From the NCBI RefSeq assembly GCF_009914755.1, contig NC_060931.1: a DNA stretch of 64,000 nucleotides; one strand, given 5' to 3'. Source of the DNA: the human T2T-CHM13v2.0 reference genome, Homo sapiens. The translations under genes were made by a program, and so were the position numbers. Of this stretch, positions 13,484 through 25,640 are shown piece by piece. The first letter of the stretch is position 1. Each line of letters begins with the position of its first letter. Below the pieces are notes generated by a model. That model saw only the letters and a program-made list of their open reading frames with translations, was not told where the DNA came from and made no database searches.

Positions 13484-15472
13484 CAGAGTTAAGCCTTTCT
13501 TTTCATTGAGCAGTTTTGAAAGTCTCTTTTTGTAGAATCTGGAAGTGGACATTTGCAGCGCTTTGAGGCCTACGGTGGAAAAGGAAATATCTTCACATAA
13601 AATCTACACAGAAGAAATCTGAATAACTTTTTTGTGATGTGTGCATTCGTCTCGCAGAGTTAAAGCTTTCTTTTTAAGGACCAGTTTTGAAATAGTCTTT
13701 TTGTAGAATCTGCAAGTGGACATTCTGAGAGCCTTGAGGCCTATTTTGGAAAAGGAAATATCTTCACATAAAAACTGGACAGAATAATTCTGAGAATCTC
13801 CTTTGTGATGCATGCGTTCATATCACAGAGTTGAACGTTTCTTTTGATTGAGCAGTTTGGAAACACTGTTTTTGCAGAATCTGCCAGTGGATATTTGGAG
13901 TGCTTTGCAGCCTATGGTAGAAAAGGAAATATCTTCACATAAAATCTAGACAGAAGCAATCTGAGAAACTTCTTTCTGATGTGTGCATTCATCTCACAGT
14001 GTTAAACCTTTCTTTTGATTGAGCAGTTTTAAATATCTCTTTGCAGAATAAGCAAGTTGGCATCGGAAGCGCTTTGAGGCATATGGAAGAAAAGGAAATA
14101 TCTTCACATAAAAATTAGACAGAAGAATTCTGAGAAACTTCTTTGTGATATGTGCATTCATCTCACAGAGTTGAACTTGTCTTTTTGTTGAGAAGTTTGG
14201 AGACACTCTTTTTGTAGAATCTGCAAGTGGTCATTTGGAGCACTTTGTGGCCTATGTTAGAAAAGGGAATATCTTCACATAAAATCTATACCGAAGCCAA
14301 CTGAGAAACTTCTTTGTGATGTGTGCATTCGTCTCCCAGACTTCAAATTTCTTTTGAAGGACCTGTTTTGAAATACTCTTTTTTAGAATCTGCAAGTGGA
14401 CATTTTGAGCGTCTTGAGGACTATTTTGGAAATGGAAATATCTTCACATAAAAACTAGACAGAATAATTCTGAGAAACTTCTTTGTGATGTGTGCGTTTA
14501 TATCACAGAGTTGTACGTTTCTTTTGATTGAGCGGTTTGGAAACACTCTTTTTGTAGAATATGCAAGTGGACATTTGCAGTGTTTTGCGACCTATGGTAG
14601 AAAAGGAAATATCTTCACATAATATTTAGACAGAAGCAATCTGAGAAACTTCCTTGTGATGTGTGCATTCATCTCACAGAGTTAAACCTTTTGATTGAGC
14701 AGTTTCGAAACTCCTCTTTTTGTAGAATTTTCAAGTGGACATTTGTAGCGCTTTGAGGCCTATGGTGGAAAAGGAAATATATTCACATAAAAACTACTCA
14801 GAACAATTCTGAGAAACTTCTTTGTGATGAGCGCGTTCATCTCACACAGCAGAACCTTTCTTTTGATTGAGTAGTTTTGAAGCTCTCTCTTTGTAGAATC
14901 TATAAGTGGACATTTGGAGCACCTTGCGGCCTATAGTAGAAAAGGAAATATCTACATATAAAATCTAGCCAGAAGCAATCCAAGGAACATCTTTGTGATG
15001 TGTGCATTCATCTCACAGAGTTAAACCTTTCTTTTGATTGAGCAGTTTTGAAACTCTCTTTTTGTAGAATCTACAAGTGGACATTGGGAGCTCTTTGAGG
15101 CCTATGTTAGAAAAGGAAATATCTTCACATAAAACCTAGATAGAGGCAATCTGAGAAACATCTTTGTGATGTGTGCATTCATCTCACGGAGTTAAACCTT
15201 TCTTTTCGTTGAGCAGTTTTTAAACTGTCTTTTTGTAGAATGTGCAAGTGGACATTTGGAGCGCTTTTTGTCCTATGGTGGGAAAGGAAGTATCTTCACA
15301 TAAAAACTAGACCGAAGAATTCTGAGAAACTTCTTTGTGACGTGTACGTTCATCTCACTGAGTTGAACCTTTCTTTTGATTGAGCAGTTTGGAAACACTC
15401 TTTTTGTAGAATCTGCAAGTAGACATTTGGAGCGCTTTTCAGCCTACGGTAGAAAAGGAAATATCTTCACAT
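13484..15472 (+). repeat. Alpha satellite, opposite-orientation block (part 2)
   Basis: Array resumes at cagagttaagcc and ends at ...aaggaaatatcttcacat, where the strand switches. Confidence 0.96.
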
Positions 15473-17830
15473 CACAAAGAGAGAGTTTCAAAACTGCTCT
15501 ATCAAAAGAAAGGTTTAACCCTGTGCGATGAATGCACATATCACAAAGAAGTTTCTCAGATTGCTTCTGTCTAGATTTTATGTGAAGATATTCCTTTTTC
15601 CACCATAGGCCTCAAAGCGCTCCAAATGTCCACTTGCAGATTCTACAAAAAGAGTGCTTCCAAACTGCTCGATGAAAAAAATGGTTCAACTCTGTGAGAT
15701 GAATGCACGCATCACAAAGAAGTTTCTCAGAATTTTTCTATCTAGTATTTATTTGAAGATATTTCATTTTCCACCATAGTCCTTAAGGTGCACCAAATGT
15801 CCACTTGCAGATTCTACAAAAGGAGTATTTCAATACAGGTCCATCAAAAGAAAGTTTCAACTCTGTGACATGAATGCACACATCAAAAAGAAGTTTCTCC
15901 GAATGCTTCTATCTAGTTTTTATGTGAAGATATTTCCTTTTCCACCATAGGCCTAAAAGCGCTCCAACTGTACACTTGCACATTCTACAAAAAGAGAGAT
16001 TCAAACTGCTCAATCAAAAGAAAGGTTTAACTCTGTGAGATGAATGCACACATCACTAAGAAATTTCTCAAATTGCTTCCGTTTAGATTTCATGTGAAGA
16101 TATTTCCTTTTCATCCAAAGGGTGCAAAGCGCTCCAAATGTCCACTTGCAGATTTTACAAAAAGAGTGCTTCCAAACTGCTCAATCAAAAGAAAGGTTCA
16201 ACTCTGTGAGATGAACGCACACATCACAAAGAAGTTTGTCTGAATTATTCTGTTTAGTTTTTATGTGAAGATATCTCCTTTGCCACCATAGGCCTCAAAG
16301 TGCTCCAAATGTCCACTTGCAGATTTTACAAAAACAGAGTTTCAAATCTGCTCAATCAAAAGAAAGGCTTAACTCTGTGAGATGAATGTACACATCACAA
16401 AGTAGTTTCTCAGATTGCTTATGTCTAGATTTTATGTGAAGATACTTCCTTTTCTACAGTAGGCCCCTAAGCGCTCCAAATATTCATTTGCAGATTGCAA
16501 AAAAAGAGTTTCATAATTGCTGAATCAAAAAAAAAGTTTCAACTCTGTGAGATGAACACAATTAGTTTATCAGAATTCTTTGGTCTAGTTTTTATGTGAA
16601 GATATTTCCTTTTCCACCATAGACCTCAAAAGGCTCCAAATGTCCCCTTGCAGATTTTACATAAAGAGAGTTTCAAAACTATTAAATCAAAAGAAAGGTT
16701 TAATCCTGTGTAGAATTTATGTGAAGATATTTCCTTTTCTACCACAGGCGCCAAAGTGCTCCAAATGTCCACTTGCAGATCCTACAAAAAGAGAGTTTCA
16801 AAACTGCACAATCAAAAGAAACGTTAAACACTATGTCATGAATGCACACATCTCAAAGAAGTTTCTCAGATTATTTCTGTCTAGATTTTCTGTGAAGATA
16901 TTTCCTTTTCTACTATAGGCCGCAAAGCACTCCAAATGTCCACTTGCAGATTCTACAAAGGAGTGTTTCCAAATTGCTCAATCAAAAGAAAGGTTCAACT
17001 CTGTGCAATGAACGCACATATCACAAAGAAGTTTCTCAAAATTCTTCTGTCTAATTTTTATATGAGGATATTTCCTTTTCCACCCTAGGCCTCAAAAGGC
17101 TCCCAATGTCCACTTGCAGATTTTATGCAAAGAGAGTTTCAAAACTGCTCAATCAAAAGGAAATTTTAATTCTGTGAGTTAAATGCACATATCACAAAGA
17201 AGTTTCCCCGATTGCCTCTGTCTCGATTTTATGTGAAGATATTTCCTTTTCTACCATAGTCTGCAAAACGCTCCATATGTCCACTTGCAGATTCTACAAA
17301 AAGCGTGTTTCCAAACTGCTCAATCAAAAGAAAGTTTCAACTCTGTGAGATGAACTCATACATCACAAAGAAGTTTCTCAGAATTCTTCTGTCTAGTTTT
17401 TATGTGAACATATTTCCTTTTCCACCATAGGCCTCAAAGTACTCCAAATGTCCACTTGCAGATTCTACAAAAAGAGAGTTTCAAAACTGCTCAATCAAAA
17501 GAAAGGTTCAACTCTGTGATCTGAATGCACACATCACAAAGAAGTTTCTCAGCTTGCTTCTGTGTAGTTTTTATGTGAAGATATTTCCCTTTCTACCATA
17601 GGCCTCAAACTGCTCCAAATGTCCACTTGTAAATTCTACAAAAAGGGAGTTCAAAACTGCTCAATAAGAGAAAGTTTCAACTCTGTGAGATGAATGCACA
17701 CGTCAAAAAGAAGTTTCTCAGATTGATTCTGTCTGGATTTTATGTGAAGACATTTTCTTTTTTGCAATAGACAGTAAAGCACTCCAAATGTCCACTTGCA
17801 GATTCTAAAAAAAGGAGAATTTCAAAACTG
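15473..17830 (-). repeat. Alpha satellite layer A (aaatgtccac; alternating gattgcttc/gaattcttc monomers)
   Basis: Diagnostic aaatgtccac, ctcaatc, gagatgaa, tctagatttt. Right boundary approximate. Confidence 0.85.
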
Positions 17831-20800
17831 CTCAATCGAAAGACAGGTTCAACTCTGTTAGATAAATGCGCACATCACAAAGAAGTTTCTCAGAATGCTT
17901 CTGTGTAGTTTTTATGTGAAGATATTTCCTTTTCCACAATACGCTTCAAAGCACTCCTTATATCCACTTGCAAATTCTGCAAAAAGAGTGCTTCAAAACT
18001 GCTCAACCATAAGATAGGTGCACACCTGTCAGATCAATGCACGCATCACAAAGAAATTTGTCAGAATGCTTCTGTGTAGTTTTTATGTGAACATATTTGC
18101 TTTTCCACAGTAGGCCTCAAGTCGCTCCAAATATCCACTTGCATATTCAACAAAAACAGTGTTTCAAAACTGCTCAATAAAAAAAGGGATCAATTCTGTG
18201 AGATGAACGCACACATCACAAAGAAGTTTCTCAGAATGCTTCTATGAAGTTTTTATGTGAATTTATTTCATTTCCTACAGTAGGCCTCAAAGCTCTCCAA
18301 ATATACACTTGCAGATTCTGCAAAAAGAGAGATTCAAAACTGCTCAATCAAAAGATAGGTTGAACCCTATGAGATGAATGCGCACATCACAAAGAAGTAT
18401 CTCAGAATGCTTCTGTGTAGTTTTTACTTGAATATATTTTCTTTTCCGCCACAGACCGAAAATGTCTCCAAATATCCACTTGCAGATTCTTTAAAAGGAG
18501 ACATACAAAACTGTTCAATCAAAAGATAGGTTCAACTCTGTGAGTTGAATGCACATATCACAAAGAAATTTCTCAGAATGCTTCTGTGTAGTTTTAATGT
18601 GATGATATTTTCTTGTCCACAATAGACCTCAAAGCTCTCCAAATATCCACTTGTAGATTCTGCCTAAAGAGAGATTTAAAACTGCTCAATCAAAAGATTG
18701 CTTCGACTCTGTGTGTTGAATACACACCTCACAAAGAAGTTTCTCAGAATGCTTCTGTGTAGTTTTTATGTGCACATATTTACCTTTCCATAGTAGGTCT
18801 AAAAGCACTCCAAAAATCCACATAGAGATTCTGCAAAAAGGGAGACTTGAGACTGCTAAATCAAAAGATAGGTTCAACTCTGTCAGTTGAATGGACACAT
18901 CACAAAGAAGTTTCCAAGAATGTTTCTGTGTAGTTTTTATGTGAAGATATTTCCTCTTCCAAAATAGGCCTCAAAGCCCTTAAAATATCCACTTCCAGAT
19001 TCTACAAAAAGAGTGTTTCAAAACTACTCAATCAAAAGAAAGTTTCAACTCTGTGTGATGAATGCACTCATCACAAAGAAGCTTCTCAGAATGCTTCTGT
19101 GTAGTTTTTATTTGAAGATATTTCCTTTTCCACCATAGGGCGCAAAGGGCTCCTAATATCCACTAGCAGATTTTACAAAAAGAGAGATTCAAAACTGCTA
19201 AGTCAAAAGATAGGTTCAACTCTGTGAGTTGAATGCACAGGTAACAAAGAAGTTTCGAAAAATGTTTCTGTGTAGTATTTATGAGAAGATATATGCTTTT
19301 CCAAAACAGGCCTCAAATCGCTCCAAATATCCACTGGCAGATTCTACAAAAAGAGTGTTTCCAAACTCCTCAATCAAAAGAAGGGTTAAAATCTGTGAGA
19401 TGAATGCACACATCACAAAGAAGTTTCTCAGAATGCTTCTGTGTAGTTTTTATGTGAAGATATTTGCTTTTCTGCAGTAGGCCTCAAAGTGCTCCAAATA
19501 TCCACTTGCAGATACTACAAAAACAGTGTTTCAAAACTGCTCAATCAAAAGAATGGATCAACTCTTTGAGATGAATGCACACATCACAGAGAAGTTTCTC
19601 AGAATGCTTCTGTGTAGTTTTTATGTGAAGATATCTCCTTTTCCAAAGTAGGCCTCAAAGCACTGCAAATATCCATTTGCAGATTCTGCAAAAAGAGAGA
19701 TTCAAAAGTGCTCAATCAAAAGATAGGTTCAACTCTGTGAGTTGAATGCACACATAACAAAGAAGTTTCTCAGAATGCTTCTGTGTAGTTTTTATGTGAA
19801 GATATTTGCTTTTCCACAGTAGGCCTCAAAGTGCTCAAAATATCCACTTGCAGATTCAACAAAAGCAGTGTTTCAAAACTGCTCAATAAAAGAAGAGATC
19901 AACTCTGAGAGATGAATGCATGCATCACAAACAAGTTTCTCAGAACGCTTCAGGGAAGTTTTTATGTGAATTTATTTCCTTTCCCACAGTAGGCCTCAAG
20001 ACTCTCCAAATATCCACTTGCAGATTCTGTAAAAAGAGAGATTCAAAACTGCTCAATCAAAAGATAGGTTCAACCTTATGAGATGAATGAAAACATCACG
20101 AAGAAGTTTCTGAGAATGCTTCTGTGTAGTTTTATTTGAAGTTATTTCCTCTTCCACCATGGACTGCAAACGGCTCCAAATATCCACTTGCAGATTCTAC
20201 AAAAAGAGAGATACAAAACTCCTCAATCAAAAGATAAGTTCAACTCTGTAAGTTGAATGCACACATCACAAAGAAGTTTCTCAGAATGCTTCTGTGTAGT
20301 TTTTATGTGAAGATATTTGCTTTTCCACAGTAGACCTCAAAGCTCCCCAAATATCCACTTGCAGATTCTGCAAAAAGAGACATTCAAAACTGCTCAATCA
20401 AAAGATAGCATCGACACTGTGAGTTGAATGCACACCTTACAAAGAAGTTTCTCAGAATGCTTCTGTGTATATTTTATGTGAAGATATTTCCTTTTCCACA
20501 ATAGGCCTCAAAACGCTACAAATATCCACCAGCAGATTCTACAAAAAGAGTGTTTCAAAACTGCTCAATCATAAGATAGGTTTAACCCTGTGAGATGAAT
20601 GCACACATCACAATGTAATTTCTCAGAATCCTTCTGTGTAGTTTTTATTTAAAGATATGTCCTTTGCCACCATAGAATGCAAAGGGCTCCCAATATCCAC
20701 TTGCAGATTCTACAAAAACAGAGATTCAAAACTGCTCAAGCAAAAGATACGTACAACTCTGTGAGTTGAATACATACATCAGAAAGTAGTTTCTCAGAAT

Positions 20801-23800
20801 GCTTCTGTGTATTTTTTCTCGGAAGATATTTCCTTTTCCACAATAGGCCTCAAAGCCCTCCAAATATCCACTTGCAGATTCTGCAAAAAGAGAGATTCAA
20901 AACTGCTCAATCAAATGATAGGTTCGACTCTCTGAGTTCAATGCACACCTCACAAAGAAGTTTCTTAGAATGCTTCCGTGTTGTTATTATGTGAAGGTAT
21001 TCGCTTCTCCACTGTAGGCCTCAAAGCGCTCCAAATATCCTCTTGCAGATTATTCAAAAAGAGATTCAAAACTGCTCAATGAAAAGATAGGTTCAACTCT
21101 GTGAGTTGAATGCACACATCACAGAGAAGTTTCTCAGAATGCTTCTGTGTAGTTTTTATGTGAAGATATTTCCTTTCCCATAATAGGCCTCAAAGCCCTC
21201 CAAATATCCACTTCCAGATACTGCAAAAAGAGTGTTTCAAAGCTGCTCAATCAAAAGAAATGTTCAATTCTGTGTGATGAATGCACTTATCACAAAGAAG
21301 TTTCTCTGAATTCTTCTGTGTAGTTTTTATGTGAAGATATTTCCTTTTCCACAATAGACCTCAAAGCTTTCCAGTTATCCACCTGCAGATTCTGCAAAAA
21401 GAGAGATTCAAACTGCTCAATCAAAATAATGGTTCAACTCGGTGAGATGAATGCACACATCACAAAAAAGTTTCTAAGAATCCTTCTGTGTGGTTTTTAT
21501 GTGAAGATATTCACTTTTCCACAGTAGGCTTCAAGGCGCTCCAAATATCCACTTGCAGAGACTGCAAAAACAGTGTTTCAAAACTGTTCAATCAAAAGAA
21601 AGGATCAACTCTGTGAGATGAATGCACATATGACAAAGATTTTTCTCAGAATGCTTCTGTGTAGTTTTTATGTGAAGATATTACCTTTTCCACCATAGGC
21701 CACAAAGGGCTCCAAATATCCACTTGCAGATTCCACAAAAAGAGAGTTTCAAAACTGCTCAATGAGAAGATAAGTTCAACTCTGTGAGTTGAATGCACAC
21801 CTCACAAAGAAGGTTCTCAGAATGCCACTGTGTAGTTTTAATGTGAAGATATTTCCTTTCCACAATAGGCCTCAAAGCTCTCCAAACATCCACTTGCAGA
21901 TTCTGCAAAAAGAGAGATTCAAAACTGCTCAATCAGAAGATAGGTTCAACTCTGTGAGTTGAATGCACACATCATGAAGAAGTTTCTCACAATGCTTCTG
22001 TGTAGTTTTTATGTGAACATACTTGATTTTCCACAGTAGGCCTCACAGTGCTCCAAATATCCACTTGCGGATTCTAAAAAAAGAGAAATTCAAAAATGCT
22101 CAGTCAAAAGACAGGTTCAACTCTGTGAGTTCAAAGTACACATCACAAAATAGTTTCCCAGAAGGCTTCTGAGTAGTTTTTATGTGAAGATATTTCTTTT
22201 TCCACAATAGGCCTCAAAGGGCTCCAATTATCCACTTTCAGATTCTACAAAAAGAGTGTTTCAAAACTGCTCAATCAAAAGAAAGGTTCAACTCTGTGAG
22301 ATGAATGCACACATCACAAAGAAGTTTCTCAGAATGCTTCTTTGTAGTTTTTATCTGAAGATATTTACTTTTCCACGGTAGGCCTCAAAGCGCTGCAAAT
22401 ATCCACTTGCAGATTCTACAAAAAGAGTGTTTCAAAACTGCTCAATCAGAATATAGGTTCAACCCTGTGGGATGAATGCGCACATCACAAAGAGGTTTCT
22501 CAGAATGTTTCTGTGTAGTTTTTATTTGAAGATATTTCCTTTTCCACCATAGGCCACAAAGGATTCCAAATATCCACTTGCGGATTCTGCAAAATGAGAG
22601 ATTCAAAACTCCTCAATCAAAAGATAGGTTCAACTCTGGAAGTTGAATGCACACATCCCAAATAAGTTTCTCAGAATGCTTCTGTGTAGTTTGTATGTGA
22701 AGATATTTGCTTTTCCACAGTAGGCCCCAAAGAGCTCCAAATATCCACCTGCAGGTTCTGCAAAAAGAGAGATTCAAAACTGCTCAATCAAAAGATTGGT
22801 TCTACTCTGTGAGTTGAATGTACCCATCACGAAGAAGTTTTGAGAATGCTAGTTTTTATTTGAAGATATTTCCTTTTCCACCATAGGGCACAAAGGGCCC
22901 CAAATATCCACTGGCAGATTCTACAGAAAGAGAGATTCTAAACTGCTCAATCAAAAGACAGGTTCAACTCTCTGAGTTGAATGCACACATCACAAAGAAG
23001 TTTCTCAGAGTGCTTCTGAGTGGCTTTTATGTGAAGATATTTGTTTTTCCAAAATAGGCCTAAAAGTGCTCCAATTATCCACTTGGAGATCTACAAAAAG
23101 AGTGTTTCAAACCTACTCAATCATAAGATAGGTTCAACCCTGTGAGATGAATGCGCACATCACAAAGAAATTTCTCAGAATGTTTTTGTGTAGTTTTTAC
23201 TTGAAGACATTTCCCTTTCCACCATAGACCGCAACGGGCTCCAATTATGCACCTACAGATCCCAGAAAAAGAGAGTTTCGAAACTTCTCAATCAAAAGAA
23301 AGGTTCAACTCTGTGAGATGAATGCACACATCACAAGGAAGTTTCTCAGAATGCTTCTGTGTAGTTTTCATGTGAAGGTATTTCCTTTTCCACAATTGGC
23401 CTCAAAGCTCTCCAAATATCCACTTGCAGATCCTACAAGAAGAGTGTTTCAAAACTGCTCAATTATAAGATAGGTTCAACCCTGTGAGATGAATGCACAC
23501 GTCACAAAGAAGTTTCTCAGAATGCTTCTGTTTAGTTTTTATTTGAAGATATTTCCTTTCCACCATAGGCCACAAAGGGCTCCAAATATCCACTTGCAGA
23601 TTCTGCAAAAACAGTGTTTCAAAACTGCTCAATCAAAAGAAAATTTCAACTCTGTGAGATGAATACACACATCAAAAAGCAGTTTCTCAGAATGATTCTG
23701 TGTAGTTTTATCTGAAGATATTTGCTTTTGCACGGTAAGCCTCAAAGCACTCCAAATATCCACTTGCAGATTCTATAAAAAGAGTGTTTCAAAACTGCTC

Positions 23801-25640
23801 AATCATAAGATAGGTTCAACTCTGTGAGTTGAATGCACACATCGCGAAGAAGTTTCTCAGAATGCTTCTGTGTAGTTTTAATGTGAAGATATTTTCTTTT
23901 CCATCATAGGGTGCAAAGTGCTCCAAATATCCACTTGCAGATTCTACAAGAAGAGAGATTCTAAACTGCTCAAAAAAATGAATAGGTTCAACTCTGTGAG
24001 TTGAATGCACACATCACAAAGAAGTTTCTCAGAATTCTTCTGAGTTGTTTTCATGTGAAGATATTTCCTTTTCCACAATAGGCCTCCAAGGGCTCCAATT
24101 ATCCACTTGCTGATTCCACAAAAAAAGTGTTTCAAAACTGCTCAATCAAAAGAAAGTTTCAACTCTGTGAGATGAATGCACACATCACAAAGAAGTTTCT
24201 CAGAATGCTTCTGTGTAGTTTTTATGTGAAGATATTTCCTTTTCCACAATAGGCCTCAAAGGGCTCCAATTATCCACTTACAGATTCTACAAATGAGAGT
24301 TTTAAAACTGCTCAATCAAAAGAAAGGTTCAACTCTAAGAGATGGATGCACACATCACAAAGAAGTTTCTCAGAATGCTTCTGTGTAGTTTTTATCTGAA
24401 GATATTTGCTTTTCCGCCATAGGCCTCAAAGAGCTCCAAATATCCACTTGCAGATTCTAGAAAAAGAGTGTTTCAAAACTGCTCAATCATAAGATAGGTT
24501 CAACCCTGTCAGTTGAATGCACACATCACAAAGAAGTTTATCAGAATGTTTCTGTGTAGTTTTATTTGAAGATATTTTCTTTTCCACCATAGGCCGGAAA
24601 GGGCTCCAAATATCCACTTGCAGATTCTGCAAAAAGAGAGATTCAAAACTGGTGAATCAAAAGATAGGCTCAACTTTGTGAGTTGAATGCACACATCACA
24701 AAGAAGTTTCTGAGAATGCTTCTGTCTAGTTTTTATGTGAACATATTTCCTTTTCAACCATAGGCCTCAAAGAGCTCCAAATATCCACTTGCAGATTCTA
24801 GAAAGAGAAAGTTTCAAAACAGCTCAATCGCAAGAAATGTTCAACTCTTTCACATAAATGAACACATCACAAAGAAGTTTCTCAGAATGCTTCTGTGTAG
24901 TTTTTGTGTGAAGATATTTGTTTTTCCACAGTTGACTTCAAAGGCCTCCAATTATGCATTTGCATATTCTACAAAAAGATAGATTCAAAACTGCTCAATG
25001 AGAAGATAAGTTCAAGTCTCTGTGTTGAATGCACACCTCACAAAGAAGTTTCTCAGAATGCTTCGTGTCGTTTTTATGTGAAGATATTTCCTTTTCCACA
25101 GTAGACCTCAAAGCTCTCCAAATATAACTTGCAGATTTTACAAAAAGAGAGATTCTAAATCGCTCAATCAAAAGATAGGTTCAACTCTGTGAGTTGAATG
25201 CACACATCACAAAAAAGTTTCTCGGAATGCTTTTGATTAGTTTTTATGTGAAGATATTACCTTTTACACAACAGGCCTCAAAGGGCTCCAATTACCCACT
25301 TGGAGATTCTACAAAAAGAGTGTTTCAAAACTGCTCAATCAAAAGCAAATTTCAAATCTTTCAGATGAATGCACACATCAAAAAGAAGTTTCTCAGAATG
25401 CTTCTCTCTAGTTTTTATGTGAAGATATTTCCTTTTCCACAATAGGCTTAAAAGGGCTCCAAATATCTACCTGCAGATTTTGTAAAAAGCGAGATTCAAA
25501 ATAGGTTCAACTCTGCAAGAAGAATGCATACATCACAAAGTAGTTTCTCTGAATGCTTCTGTGTAGTTTTTATTTGAAGACATTTCCTTTTCCACCACAG
25601 GGTGCAAAGGGCTCCAAATATCCACTTGCAGACTCTACAA
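17831..25640 (-). repeat. Alpha satellite layer B (aaatatccac, ctgtgtagtt, aagataggttc, gagagattcaaaac)
   Basis: Consistent diagnostic variants over about 45 monomers. Boundaries approximate. Confidence 0.85.
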
